Assembly (NCBI GenBank): GCA_963717505.1
Contig: OY970342.1
Span: forward strand, 3,552,001 to 3,616,000
Source: Candidatus Eiseniibacteriota bacterium
GTDB lineage: Bacteria > Eisenbacteria > RBG-16-71-46
Direction: 5' to 3'
DNA length: 64,000 nucleotides
Shown here: positions 30,174 through 41,616 of the stretch, piece by piece
Numbering within the stretch: the stretch's first letter is position 1
Layout of the letters: each line of letters starts with the position of its first letter
Notes under the pieces: model-generated
Database searches by the model: none
Seen by the model: the letters and a program-made list of their open reading frames with translations, nothing else
What the model was told of the DNA's origin: nothing
Position numbers and translations under genes: made by a program

Positions 30174-32294
30174 CTACACCGACCACATCTCGGCTTCGAA
30201 CATCGCGTCGGGCACCCGGAAGCAGATCATCTCGTCGCCGGGCAGCGTTTCTCCCGTCTGCCCGCCGGTCGAGAGCCTGAGCAACATCTCGACCTCTTCC
30301 TCCGGCGCGAGCCCGAGCGAACCGAACGGAATCGCCAGCTCGACGATCTCGGCCACCCGGCAGGCAGCTCCGACCACCGGCGCCCCTTCCCCGCTTTCCA
30401 CGCGCCGCTCCCCCGCCGCGAGTCCGCGCACCACGGCTCGCGCCGGGCGCGGGGTCAGCACGTCCACCGCCAGGTCGAACTCCTCGCCCGGCGGCCCGCC
30501 GTTCAGGTCGAGCCGAACGTAGAGTCGTTCGAGGTCGAAGCCGACGAACAGGTCGCCGGTCACCCCGGTTCCGCGGTGCATGCTGGAGCCCCGGTCGGTC
30601 AGCGGGTAACGGCCGGCGCCATGCCACTCGTAGAACGTGGTCCGACGGCCATCGACCACCGGCCGAATCAACGCCACCGGCTGGGTTTGTCGCCCGCGCA
30701 CGCCGCGCGTGATCACCGGCACCATCAGCCAGCCGGGCGGCTCCTGGCCGATCCGCTCGTAGATCATCTGCAGTCGCTCGCGAAACAACCGGTCGAACAG
30801 GTGTTTGTCTTCGGTGTGATGATCGACGCCCAGCCACCAGAAGAGATCCGAGCCTTCGGCGGCGTACAGGAGATCCCAGGCCGCAGCCGGAGCTCGATCG
30901 CCGGCCCCGACCAATGCACGGCGCGTGCGCGCGAGCAGGTCCCAAGCGCGATTCTTCTCGGTATGTCCGACCCAGATGTGGAAGTCGGCGTCGATCCACG
31001 AGCCACTGTGCAGCTTGGCCAGCACCGGTGGCTGCGGATGGTCGACCAGCACTTCGCTCGGCGTGCGTGTGCGAATGTCGCCGGCGGCTTCGAGTGCGGT
31101 GTAGAGCGCGTCGAGGAACGGTGCGCCGTCGTCGACGTAGTGCTCCCAGCAGTTCTCGCCGTCCAGGATCACCGAGGCGACCGGCACGCCCGGCCCCGCG
31201 TGCTCGCGCGCAATGCGGCGCACGCGGGCGATGAAGTCGGCGACCGCGTCCTCGGCCCGCCAGTGCTGATAGACGAATCCGATCCGATCCGAAAGCTCGA
31301 GGTCGCGAAAGAAGATCGCGAGCGGTCCGGCGGCAGTCGCAATGCTCCACGGCTGGTAGAGTTCGCCGCGCGGCCCGCCCTGCCCGAGCGAGCGCCACAG
31401 CACCCGCTCGTCGCTTGCGATCCAGCGCATCCCGGCCCGCGCCGCCAGCTCGGCGGCTTCGGGGCTCACCGATCCTTCCGGCGGCCACATTCCGGCGGGT
31501 CGCTCACCAAAGGTCTGCTCGTGACGCGCGAGGGCCCGGCGAATCTGCTCGGCGGCGTCCTCGGGTGCCGCAAACGGTTCGGCCGGCAGCGGCAGGTCGG
31601 GTCGGGCGCGTCGGGCGCTCGCGACGTCGATCACCAGCGGCAGGATCGGGTGATGGTAGGGCGAGCAGGACAGCTCGATCTGCCCGGCCCGCGCGAGGCT
31701 CCGATAGGCCGGGAGCACTTCGGCGAGCAACCGCGCGTGCAGTGCGAGCAGCGCGGTTCGGTGGCCGGCGTCCAGTTCGGCCCCGGTGGCCAGCGCCGCC
31801 GCCGCTTCGGGCTCGCCGCGAAACACGGGGTCGAGCCACGCGAGCAGGAACCGCACGCGCAGGGCCTCGAGGTCGGCGTCGCCGAAGCGCTCGGTGCGGC
31901 CGCCGGCGCTCGCAGCGCGTCGGGCACGGTCACACAGCTTCCGATAAGCCGGCCAGGTCTCGAGCGCATGCCGCGGCGCCATGGTGCAGCGCCGAATCAG
32001 CTCGAGACGTCCGGCGTCGTCGAGCTGCTCCGGCGCGGTCGACATCATTTCGAACAACGCATCCGCGCCGCCGTGTACGGCATGTTCGATCTGGTCGACC
32101 AGTGACGGAACGAAGTTGAAGGCGGCCCGCACACCGGGGTGGCGCTCGAGATGGGTCGCCATGTCGCGATAGTCCTTGGTGCCGTGCAGGCGCACCCAGG
32201 GCAGCAGCGCACGCCCGTCGCGCGCGCTGCGGTAGTCCGGCTGGTGGTGATGCCAGAGGAAGACGAGGTCGATTGGGCGAAGCGGCTCGTTCAT
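30174..32294 (-). CDS. Glycoside hydrolase family 57 (amylopullulanase-like)
   Basis: Motifs WHHHQPDY, LPWVRLHG, SPYHHPILPL, GMWPPEGSVS (nucleophile), LDGENCWEHY (acid/base), GSWI and AEGSD. Confidence 0.93.
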   Translation of the reverse strand: MNEPLRPIDLVFLWHHHQPDYRSARDGRALLPWVRLHGTKDYRDMATHLERHPGVRAAFNFVPSLVDQIEHAVHGGADALFEMMSTAPEQLDDAGRLELIRRCTMAPRHALETWPAYRKLCDRARRAASAGGRTERFGDADLEALRVRFLLAWLDPVFRGEPEAAAALATGAELDAGHRTALLALHARLLAEVLPAYRSLARAGQIELSCSPYHHPILPLVIDVASARRARPDLPLPAEPFAAPEDAAEQIRRALARHEQTFGERPAGMWPPEGSVSPEAAELAARAGMRWIASDERVLWRSLGQGGPRGELYQPWSIATAAGPLAIFFRDLELSDRIGFVYQHWRAEDAVADFIARVRRIAREHAGPGVPVASVILDGENCWEHYVDDGAPFLDALYTALEAAGDIRTRTPSEVLVDHPQPPVLAKLHSGSWIDADFHIWVGHTEKNRAWDLLARTRRALVGAGDRAPAAAWDLLYAAEGSDLFWWLGVDHHTEDKHLFDRLFRERLQMIYERIGQEPPGWLMVPVITRGVRGRQTQPVALIRPVVDGRRTTFYEWHGAGRYPLTDRGSSMHRGTGVTGDLFVGFDLERLYVRLDLNGGPPGEEFDLAVDVLTPRPARAVVRGLAAGERRVESGEGAPVVGAACRVAEIVELAIPFGSLGLAPEEEVEMLLRLSTGGQTGETLPGDEMICFRVPDAMFEAEMWSV

Positions 32295-32300
32295 GTTGGG

Positions 32301-32409
32301 AGACGCTCGGCAAGCTCGCTCATCATCGAGAAACGCTCGGCGGGCTCGCTGATCATCGAGAAACGCTCGGCAAGCTCGCTCATCATCGAGAAACGCTCGG
32401 CGGGCTCGC
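32301..32409. repeat. 30-bp tandem repeat, about 3.6 copies, two alternating variants
   Basis: Units aaacgctcggcaagctcgctcatcatcgag and aaacgctcggcgggctcgctgatcatcgag abut directly with no spacers. Confidence 0.93.
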
Positions 32410-32429
32410 GCGGTCCGACGACTCGGGGA

Positions 32430-33095
32430 CTAGCCGGCGGCTTCGAGCTCGGCGAGGCGGATGCGGGCCAGCGTCGATTGGCTGGTGTCCGCGAATTCGT
32501 CGAGGAGTCGGCGCAACCGTTGTACGGCCTGGTCGCGCTGGCCGAGCGCCAGGTAACAACGGGCGGATGCGGCGAGGAATTCAGCCGAGGATTCGCGATC
32601 GAATCGGCCGACGATCTCTTCATACTGCTTGGCGGCTTCAGCGTACTGTCCGCTGCTTTCCAGCGAGTAGGCCAAGCTGCGGCGCGCAGCGTCGGCAAGG
32701 ATGCCGCTCTTCTCGCGCTGGAGGTAGGTCCGGTACTCGGTGATCGCGTTCGCGTAGTCGCCGGTCCAGTGGGCGTTGTCGCCCATCAGTCGATGCGCGT
32801 CCGCGCCACTCTTGGTCGAACCAAACTCTTCGGCGACCTGGCGCGCCATGTCGCGGGAGCGTGCGTACTCGCCCTGCCAGAACAACGCGGTCGCTTCGGC
32901 GAGTCGCGTCGCCGCCGCCGATTCGTTGGTGGCCCGCGAACGGCTCCAGAAGATGAACAACACGCCGACGATGGCGGCTCCGGCCGCGACGCCGATGACG
33001 ATTCGCCCGTATTGGTCCCAGAGTCGACCGGCGCGGTCGATCAGGTCGGCGCCCGGATCCGAGAGCTGGCCGGTCTTGCGTGCTTCCAACGACAA
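32430..33095 (-). CDS. Membrane-anchored TPR protein (YfgM-like)
   Basis: TTG start with an AGGAGA RBS, a single N-terminal TM, and TPR helices (GDYANAITEYRTY, GQYAEAAKQY). Confidence 0.82.
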   Translation of the reverse strand: MSLEARKTGQLSDPGADLIDRAGRLWDQYGRIVIGVAAGAAIVGVLFIFWSRSRATNESAAATRLAEATALFWQGEYARSRDMARQVAEEFGSTKSGADAHRLMGDNAHWTGDYANAITEYRTYLQREKSGILADAARRSLAYSLESSGQYAEAAKQYEEIVGRFDRESSAEFLAASARCYLALGQRDQAVQRLRRLLDEFADTSQSTLARIRLAELEAAG

Positions 33096-33166
33096 GATAT
33101 GTCTCCTGTTACGGGTCTGACTTGAGACGCGGCTTCACTGCTGAGGCGAGGGTTCGGAGCCGCAGG

Positions 33167-33196
33167 ACAGTAAGCCAGCGTTCGGAGGGCCGTCAA
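33167..33196 (-). promoter_or_regulatory. Putative sigma70 promoter for TPR-GH57
   Basis: TTGACG-N18-TACTGT on the minus strand. Confidence 0.45.
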
Positions 33197-33224
33197 GCCC
33201 TGGTCTCGTCGACCTCCTGCCCTA

Positions 33225-34408
33225 TCACCGAGTCTCCGCGCAGTGCTCGCAGCCGACGCCACCCCGGGCGCGAACCAGCAGTTCGGCCCCACGCCCACAC
33301 CCGGGGCAGGGCGGCAGACTCGGACGGCCGCGAGCCACATCGACGTCGGCCGCCACTCGGACGTGTACCGCCCCCGAGCGCAGCTCCTGTTCGAGCGTGG
33401 CGATCGGCCACGACCACTCGACCACACCCCACAGCCGGACCTCGGTGCGCAGCGCCCAGCGCTGGCGAACCTCGGCCGCGCGCCGCTCCCACTCGAGCTT
33501 GAGCGAGGTGGCGTCGGCCTGCTCGTCCAGCTCGTCGCCGTTTCCCGCGCGGCGGCGCTGACGCTCTTCCTCTTCCTCGATCCGCGACGAGAAGAACGCG
33601 CCGAGCCGACTCAGCTCCTCGTCGCGCAGCATCGACACGCGCAGCTCCCACTCGTGCTCGTGCTCGGCCAGGATGCGGTCGAGCTGATCGCGCGCCCCCG
33701 CCATCCAGCGCGCGCGCTCTTCGGGGTCGGGATCGTCGGGAATCTGATAGAGCCCATCGCGCGTGCGCACGTCGGGCACGTCGAAGCCGCGGCTCCACTC
33801 CATGAAGCCGCCCGACGGACCAAGCACACCACCCACGGCTCCTGTCCCGGCAGCCGCCCCAGCGGGTCGACCACCGCGTGGATCGACACGCGACGCTCGT
33901 AGCGCACCGGTCCGAGGCGCGGCGGTCCCCAACTCAAGCCGCGAATGCGGCAGACCGCGGCGAAGCCGTTCTCGGGAGCACCGGGTACGTGGGCGAGCGC
34001 GGTGCGTCGCGCGATCGCCGGCTCGGCGGTCGCCAGCGTCGAGGATCTTGCGTCCGGCCGAGCTGGCGGGTGCGGTGAACCAGGCCCCGCGCGGCAGCGT
34101 GGCCCGCTGCGGGTCGAACACCATGCGCACGCGCTGTCGCCGCCAGCGCTTGCGCAGCGACTCGGAGAGGTCGACCTCCCAGTCGCCGCGCGCCGCCGGG
34201 CGCACCGCGCTGCTCGAGTCTTCGAGCCAGCGGCCGACGAACTCGCGCCAGCCGTCGGGCAGCGCGGCCGCCATGGGAGCCGGCACCACGGCCGTCGCCG
34301 CATCGCGGGCCGCAGCCGCCCGCGAGGAACGAACCACGCGCGGCTTTCGCACTCGCGCGGGACTCAGGACGGCCCCCTTCGGCCGGCGCTCTGCGCCTGC
34401 ACGCTCAT
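33225..34408 (-). CDS. YqhG-like hypothetical protein with coiled coil and C-terminal CxxC…CxxC Zn ribbon (frameshifted in sequence)
   Basis: ATGA-coupled to the SNF2 stop at 34405-34408. Contains RDEELSRLGAFF…EWERRAAEVRQRW and CPGC…CEHC. The reading frame switches near 33800-34050 and 34360. Confidence 0.65.
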
Positions 34409-36364
34409 GTCTCCTCCCGCTCGAGCGTCGGGAACAGCATGGTCTGGAGGTCCTTCTGCTCCTGGTAGAGCCGGCGCGCCACCATCAGGTGCTGGCGCCA
34501 GCTCGGCGAAGCGCCGGTTGCGCGTCCGCAGGTTGGCCGACTCGGTCCAGCGCCGGAAGATCTCGTCCTCGAACGAGCCGTTGGGCTGCCAGGCGCCGAG
34601 GATCTCCTCCATCTCGCCGACCACCAGTTCGAACATCTTGATCTTGCGGTCCAGGATCTCGAGCACGTACGCCTCGATCGTGCCGCGCGAGGCGAGGTTG
34701 ATCACCCGCACCGGATGCGTCCTGGCCGAGCCGGTGCACGCGGCCGATGCGCTGCTCGACCCGCATCGGGTTCCACGGCAGGTCGTAGTTGATGACGATG
34801 CGGCAGAACTGGAGGTTGCGCCCCTCCCCTCCGGCCTCGGTGCTGACCAGGACCGGCGCCGCGGTGCGGAAGTGCTCGAGCGCCTCCTCCTTCTCGCGCC
34901 AGCCCAGCTCGCCGTGGAACACGGTCGGCTCGATGCCGGTCTCGCTTGAGCGCCTCGACGATCGTCTCCTGCGTGTTGCGGAACTGGGTGAAGACGATGC
35001 ACCTTCTCGTCGCCTATCCGCTGCGAGCGTGCGCAGCAGCGATCGCACCTTGCTCGGCGTCTTGCCGACGTCGCCGGCCCGCTGCGCGAACTGGCGCAGC
35101 CGCTTGGGATCGAAGCCGTCGTGGCCGTCGCGGCCGAGCCGCTCGAGCGTGGAGCGCGCCGCCGCCCACGACGAGCCCATCTCCTTCTGCAGCACCATCA
35201 GGGTGAAGTAGTGCGGCCGTCCCGGTGCGCCGGATTCGCCGCGCACCGCGTCGACCACGAAGTCGCTGACGTTGCGATAGAGCGTGCGTTCGGCCGGGGT
35301 CTGCGGCACCCACACCGTCTCGACCGTGCGCGGCGGGAACGTGAGATTGGTGTCGTTGCGGCGCGTGCGGATCATCACGGTCTCGAGCAGCGCGCGCAGG
35401 CGCGGCGTGTTGCGCGGCGTGCGCCGGTCGTGGCCGGCCAGGAAATCGCGCCGGAACTGGGCGAAGGTGCCGACGGTGCCCGGCCGGACCAGGGTCGCCA
35501 GGTTGTACAGCTCGCGCAGGTCGTTCTGGACCGGCGTCGCGGTCAGCAGCAGCAGGTAGCGCGGATTCAGGTCGTTCAGGAACTTCCAGCCCGAGCGTCA
35601 GGTGATTGCGCAGGCGATGCGCCTCGTCGACCACCACCAGATCGTAGTTGGCGCCGCGCACCCGGCGGCGGTGGCGCTCGTGGCGCGCGGTCTCGAGCGA
35701 CGAGATCACGAGCGGATGGCGACCCCACTGGCCCGCCGGCCCGCGCGAGACCACGAAGTCGAGCTCGAACTTCTCCCACAGCTCGGCGCGCCACTGCTCG
35801 CACAGCGACGCCGGCACCAGCACCAGGATCGGTGCGCACCGCGCCGCGCAGCAGGTACTCCTTGAGCACGATTCCGGCCTCGATGGTCTTGCCGAGACCG
35901 ACCTCGTCGGCCAGGATCGCGCGCCCGTTCAGGTCGCGCATGACCTTGAGGCACGCGCGCATCTGGTGCGGGAAGCGCTCGACGCCGCGCAGCGAGTCGA
36001 GCGAGACCAGGTGATCCGTGACCGGCCCAACCGGACCAGCGTTCGGCCTCGGCGCGCAGTTCGAAAGAGCGCCGCGGGTCGCACCTCTCCCGACTGCCAC
36101 CAGTCGAGCAGGTGATCGCCCTGCGGATGCCAGGTGCGCGGCATGTCGGCGGCGCGGCCCGCTGCAGCGGCGGCGCGTCCGCGGCTGGACCACCTCCCAC
36201 TCGCGCTGCGCCGACAGCCGGCGCAGCTGGCCGTCGAACACCACCTCGAGCACCTCGCGGCCGCGGTCGGTGTGGACTTCGACCACGAGGCCCTCGCCGA
36301 ACTGCGGGTGCCGCAGTCGCTGGCCCACCTGGTAGCGGGGTGTGCTCAGTTCCACAGGTCCCAT
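34405..36364 (-). CDS. SNF2-family helicase (YqhH/RapA-like) with N-terminal Tudor-like domain (multiple frameshifts)
   Basis: Motifs spread across frames: [56 protein letters not shown] and [23 protein letters not shown]. Confidence 0.88.
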
Positions 36365-37762
36365 TGCTCTCCCAGGGCCGGAATGTGCACTTCGATCTGC
36401 AGACGCTCGACGCAGCCGCTCGGCGAGGGTCGCTGCCGGGTCCAGTTCGCCGTGAACCAGGAAGACCTTGCGCGGTCTCGGCTCGAGCGACGCCACCCAG
36501 TCGACCAGCTCGCTGCTGGTCGGCGTGGGCGCTGAATCCGTCGAGCGCCACGACCTCGGCGCGGCGCCGCACCGGCTCGCCGAAGATGCTCACGGTTTCG
36601 GCGCCGTCGCGCAGCCGGCGCCCGAGCGTGCCCTCGGCCTGGAAGCCGACGAACAGGACCGTGTTGCGCTCGTTGCCGAGGCCGTGCGCGCAGGTGGTGC
36701 AGGATGCGACCGCCTTCGCACATGCCCGAGGCGGCGATGATGATGCACGGGTCACGGCGCGTCATTGAGCGCGCTGCGACTCCTCGGCCGAGCCGACGTA
36801 GCGCAGCCGGCCGAAGCCGAAGGGCGCGCCGTTTCCGGACATGAACTGCCGTAGGTCTCCTCGTCGAAGCACTCCGGGTGCTTGCGGAAGACTTCGGTCG
36901 CCTTGCTCGCCAGCGGGCTGTCGACGAACATCGGCAATCTCGGGGATCAGTTTGCGCTCCATGAGGTCGTGCAGGGTCGCGACCAGCTCCTGCGTGCGGC
37001 CGACCGCGAACGCCGGCACCAGCACCCGACCGCCGCGCTCCAGCGTGCGCCGCACCACCTGCGCCAGCTCGTTGCTGCAGTGTCTCGGCGTGCCGGATGG
37101 AGCCGGTCGCCGTACGTGCTCTCGAGCACCAGCACGTCGGCGCCCGGAGGCGCTTCCGGATCCCGCAGGATCGGCCGCCGGGCCCGTCCCAGGTCGCCGC
37201 CCATGCACGAGCCGGCGCTTCTGGCCGCCGCGACTCGAAGTCGAAGGTGGTGATCGCCGCAGCCCAGGATGTGCCCGGCGTCGAAGTACTCGACCCGGAC
37301 GCCGTCGAACAGGTTCCAGGGCTTCCGATAGGGATGCGACTGGAACGACGCCAACGTGCGGTCGACGTCCTGCGGCGAGTAGAGCGGCTCGCGTGCGGCC
37401 GCCCGCGACCGTGGCGGTTCACGTGCTCGACGTCGCGCTCCATCAGGAACGCGCTGTCGCGCCAGCATCGGCGTGCACAGGTCGGTGGTCGCGGCGGTGG
37501 CGTGGATCGGCCCGCCGAAACCACTGCGACACCAGCGTCGGCAGATTGCCGGTGTGGTCGAGGTGCGCGTGCGACAGCACGACCGCGTCGAGTCCGGCCG
37601 GGTCGAAGCGGAACGTGCGGTTGATGCGTTCGGCTTCGTCGCGGTGACCCTGATAGAGGCCGCAGTCGAACAGCCACGTGCGCTCGCCGAACGCGAATGC
37701 GATGCCGCGACCCGGTGACCGTGCGCGCCGCGCCTTCGAACGAGATCGAGCAGTTCGCTCAT
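36346..37762 (-). CDS. MBL-fold beta-CASP ribonuclease (Ysh1/TTHA0252-like; multiple frameshifts)
   Basis: Motifs across frames: [66 protein letters not shown] and VHGE. Confidence 0.88.
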
Positions 37763-38366
37763 CAGTAGCCGCGTAGAAGATGAGGCCGACGGCGGCCTGG
37801 AAGTCGTGTTGACCTTGGCGCGTCTGGAAGATCGGCGTGGTAGCGAACACTCACGTCCCAGGCCCAGCGAGCGCCAGAAGAATTGCTCGATCCCGCCCCC
37901 GACGCGTCACGTAGAAGCCGTCCTCCGGGAAGCTCGTCTCGTTGGAGGTCAGCTCGACCGACGGGCGTGCCAGCCCGATGCCGACGCTCAGCATCTTGGT
38001 GGTCTTCTCGCGCGTGTCGAACATCTGGTAGATGTCGAATCCGGTCATGATCAGCGTCAGGGTCTTGGCCACCGTGTCGGCCACCGCGCCCTGGAGGCGC
38101 GCATCGAACGTCTGCGACTCGAACGAGATGCCGATCGCGCGCTCGAAGCGCATCCGGTAGCGCATCCGGACCGCAAAGCTCCCACCATCCGAGAACAGGT
38201 CGCCGAGATCGCCCCCCTCGAGCAGGGTCCCGTACCCGCCCTGGACGCCGATCCCGACCTGTCCGGGCCGCGGCAGAATGATCTTGGACGCCGCCTGCGC
38301 CGGCGCGACCGCGCCGGCCGCCAGCAGAAACCCCATCGCCAACCGGATGCTCCAGCCTGACCTCAT
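37762..38366 (-). CDS. Outer-membrane beta-barrel-like exported protein (frameshifted near 3' end)
   Basis: Signal peptide [25 protein letters not shown], amphipathic strands ([11 protein letters not shown]), and terminal [11 protein letters not shown]. Confidence 0.62.
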
Positions 38367-38395
38367 TCCCTTGCCTCCTGGTTCCGCCGTTCCAC

Positions 38396-39307
38396 TCACG
38401 CGCGTGGGTGAAACGAGCGATGCACCTCCCGGAGATAACCCCGGTCGAGATGGGTGTAGATCGCGGTGGTGGTGACCGATGCGTGACCCAGCAGCTCCTG
38501 CACCACGCGCAGGTCGGCGCCGCCTTCGAGCAGATGCGTGGCGAACGAATGGCGTAGCACGTGCGGGTGGACCGCGGCCGCGATGCCGGCGGCCCGCGCG
38601 TGCGCGCGCAGAATCTTCCAGAAGCCCATCCGGCCCAGCGGGCCCCCGCGGGCATTGAGGAACAGCATTCGTCGACGCGCGTGCGCCGGGCGAGCTGCGG
38701 TCGCCCGCGCTCGAGGTAGTCGGCCAGCGCCTGCGCCGCGGCGCGCCCGAACGGCACCACGCGCTCTCGGCCGCCCTTGCCCCACGGGTCACCGACTTCT
38801 CCTCGAGATCGACCCGCGTGCGCTCGAGTCCGCACAATTCGGAGACCCGAAGCCCGCTCGCGTAGGCCAGCTCGAGCAACGCGCGGTCGCGCAGCGCCGA
38901 GGGCGGTGTTGGCCGGCGGCTGGGCGAGCAGGCGCTCGACGTCGTCGGCGGGCAGCGCGTGCGGCAGCCGGCGCTCGCGGCGCGGCGGCGCCATCTGAGC
39001 CAGCGGGTCGGTGTCGCACCTCCGCTGGCGGATCAGGTAGGCGTGGAAACCGCGCAACGCCGAGCGCCGGCGGCTCACCGTGCTCGCCGCGAGACCGCGT
39101 CGTGCGAGCCCCGCGAAATAGCCGTCGACGAAGGTCGGCGACGCCTCGCTCCACGTTTGCGAGGTGATGCGACCGCGCAAACGCGGAGTAGTCCGCAAGG
39201 TCGCGCCCGTAGGCGTCGAGCGTGTTGGCACTCAGACGGCGACCGGTGCGCAGCTCGTCGAGATAGGCCTCGAGCGGAGCATCCAACGCGTGGCGCGGGC
39301 GGCTCAC
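38396..39307 (-). CDS. xerD: Tyrosine recombinase XerD (frameshifted)
   Basis: Motifs [74 protein letters not shown] and TTAIYTH. Confidence 0.88.
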
Positions 39308-41160
39308 GCGCCCCCCGCCCGTCGCTGCGCATCACCCGCTTCGGGCGCCGTGGCCAGAGCCGCCACCACCCGCTCGGCCAGGCTCATCGGAATGCGCGCG
39401 CGCACGGCGACGTCGGCGGCGGTCGCCTGGCGCAGCGCCGCGACCGAGCCGAACGCCTTGAGCAGGCGTGCGCGCCGCGCCGGTCCTACGCCCGGCACCC
39501 GATCCAGCTCGCTGCCGATCCGCGACCGGCTGCGCAGGTTCCGGTGGTAGGTGAGGCCGAAGCGGTGGGCCTCGTCGCGCAGACGCTGGAGTGCCCGCAG
39601 CGCCGGGACTGCGGCGCGACATGCGCAACGGACTCGCGGATTCGCGCACCACGGTCTCCTCGCGCTTGGCGAGGCCGATCAACGCGACCCTTCCAGTCGC
39701 GACTTCATCGAGTGCGGCGCGCGCCGCCTGCACCTGCCCGACACCGCCGTCGACCACCACCAGGTCCGGCCGCGGCAGCTCATCCGACTCGACCCGTGCC
39801 CAGTAGCGCTGCGACCGCTTCGCGGATCATCGCCGACGTCGTCGGGGCCCGGGCCGCGGATGCGCATCCGCCGATAGAGTCCGCGCCGCGCCTGGCCGTT
39901 CTCGCTGGCCACGATCGCGGCCACGGCACCCTCGGCGCCCAGGTTCGAGATGTCGAAGCACACCATGCGATAGGGCGGACTCTCGAGTCCGAGCGCGCGC
40001 TGGAGTTCGAGGATGTCGGGCGCGAATCGCGCACGCCGCCCGGCGCGACGCGCCTCGGCGTCCTCGAGGGCGTGCGCGGCGTTGCGCTCGGCGATGCGCA
40101 CCAGGCGCGCACCCCGGCCGCGATGGGCGACGCGAAGCTCGACGCGGTGACCCGAGGACTTCGACAAGGCCTCGGCGATCACCTCGGCGCCGGCCGGCAC
40201 CTCGGCCACCCAGATCCGGCGCGGAACCTCCTGACGCGCCAGATAGTGCTGGGCCAGGAACGACTCGAGGATCTCCTGCGGGCTCCGCTGCCCGGCTCCG
40301 GAGAGCACCCGGGTCTCCTTGCCGACCACCCGGCCGCCGCGGAGCAGCAGTGCGGTCACCGCTCCCCCGCTGCCGTGCCGCGCCACACCGAGCACGTCGG
40401 CGTCGCGATCGCGCCCGCGGCCGCGCACCATGTCCTGCGGGCGGCGGACACTCTCGAGCAGCGAGATCTGGTCGCGCCGGCGGGCCGCCAGCTCGTAGCG
40501 CTTCGCTTCGGCGGCCTCGGCCATCTCGGCCCGCAGACGGTCGAGCAGCTCGGTGTCGCGCCCGGTCAGGAACCACAGCAGCTGATCGACCAGCGCGCGA
40601 TACTCGGCCGGGGCGACCTGGGTCCGCGTGGTGCACGGCCCGGTGCAGCGGCGAATGTGGAAGTAGAGGCACGGCCGGTTGGTCCGGCGGTGCTCTTCGA
40701 AGTCGCGGCAGGTGCGCACCGGGAACACGCGCCGGATCTCGCGCAGGGTGCGGCGGAGCGCCTTGACGTCGGTGAAGGGGCCGAGGTAGCGCGCGCCGTC
40801 GTTCAGCACCTGGCGGGTGACCGACAACCGGGGGAACTCTTCCTGCACGCTGAGCTTGACGTAGGGGAAGCTCTTGTCGTCGGTCAGCAGGATGTTGAAG
40901 CGCGGCCGGTGCTGGCGGATCAGGGTCGATTCGAGCAGCAGGGCTTCGACCTCGGAGCCGGTCATGACCGTGTCCAGGTCCCGGGCCTGGACCTTCAGCT
41001 CCTGCCGCCAGGGGTCTTCGTCGGGGACCAGGTATTGCCGAACCCGGTTGGCCAGGCTCTTTGCCTTGCCCACATAGATCACCCGTCCGGCGTCGTCCTT
41101 GAACAGATAAACCCCTGGAACGGCGGGCAGATTCATGACCTTTTCCACCAGAAGGCTCAC
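39304..41160 (-). CDS. uvrC: Excinuclease ABC subunit C (frameshifts near 3' end)
   Basis: GIY-YIG segment PGVYLFKD…IYVGKAKSL, EALLLE, CLYFHIRRCTGPC, CFDISN, VVDGGVGQ, LAKREE, RDEAHRF, and HhH GVGPARR. Confidence 0.93.
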
Positions 41161-41281
41161 GGGACGCTCCAGCCCCCCCGCGTGGAGTGCGGGATGCAAA
41201 GACCCTACACCCGCTCCGGGAAGCCGGGCAACCGCTGAGACCCCCGAATCCTCGATCCCCCGAGGCGAAGGCCTCCAAACC

Positions 41282-41310
41282 TTGACCCCTGCCGGGTCGA
41301 AAACTATAGT
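41282..41310 (+). promoter_or_regulatory. Sigma70 promoter for rpsT
   Basis: TTGACC-N17-TATAGT about 45 nt upstream of a GAGGAGG RBS and ATG. Confidence 0.7.
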
Positions 41311-41354
41311 CACGGGTTCCAATCCGGCCACACAGCCCCACCTGAGGAGGATGC

Positions 41355-41612
41355 ATGCCGCACCACAAGTCCGCCGCCAAACGCGTACGGACCAACGAGC
41401 TTTCCCGCCAGCGCAACGTCGCGATCACCTCGCGCATGCGTACGGCTGTGCGCGCCGTCCGCGCCGCACGCACCCGCAAGGACGCCGAGGTCGCATACCG
41501 GCAGGCGGTTTCGGTGCTCGATCGCACCGTGGCCAAGGGCGTCATCAAGCGCGCTACCGCCGATCGCCATAAGTCGCGCCTCGCGCGCTTCGCCCGGGCG
41601 CTCCCGGCCTAG
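41355..41612 (+). CDS. rpsT: 30S ribosomal protein S20
   Basis: MPHHKSAAKRVRTNE…RN…SRMRTAVR…LDRTVAKGVIKRATADRHKSRL. Confidence 0.96.
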   Translation: MPHHKSAAKRVRTNELSRQRNVAITSRMRTAVRAVRAARTRKDAEVAYRQAVSVLDRTVAKGVIKRATADRHKSRLARFARALPA

Positions 41613-41616
41613 TCGC

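Noticed and set aside
32301-32409. CRISPR array
   Set aside because: The 30-bp units are directly adjacent with no unique spacers, and there are no cas genes in the window.
33225-37762. Anti-phage defence system (DISARM/BREX/Zorya-type SNF2 plus nuclease)
   Set aside because: There is no methylase, PglZ, DUF1998 or other defence partner. The context is housekeeping and the pair resembles YqhH/YqhG.
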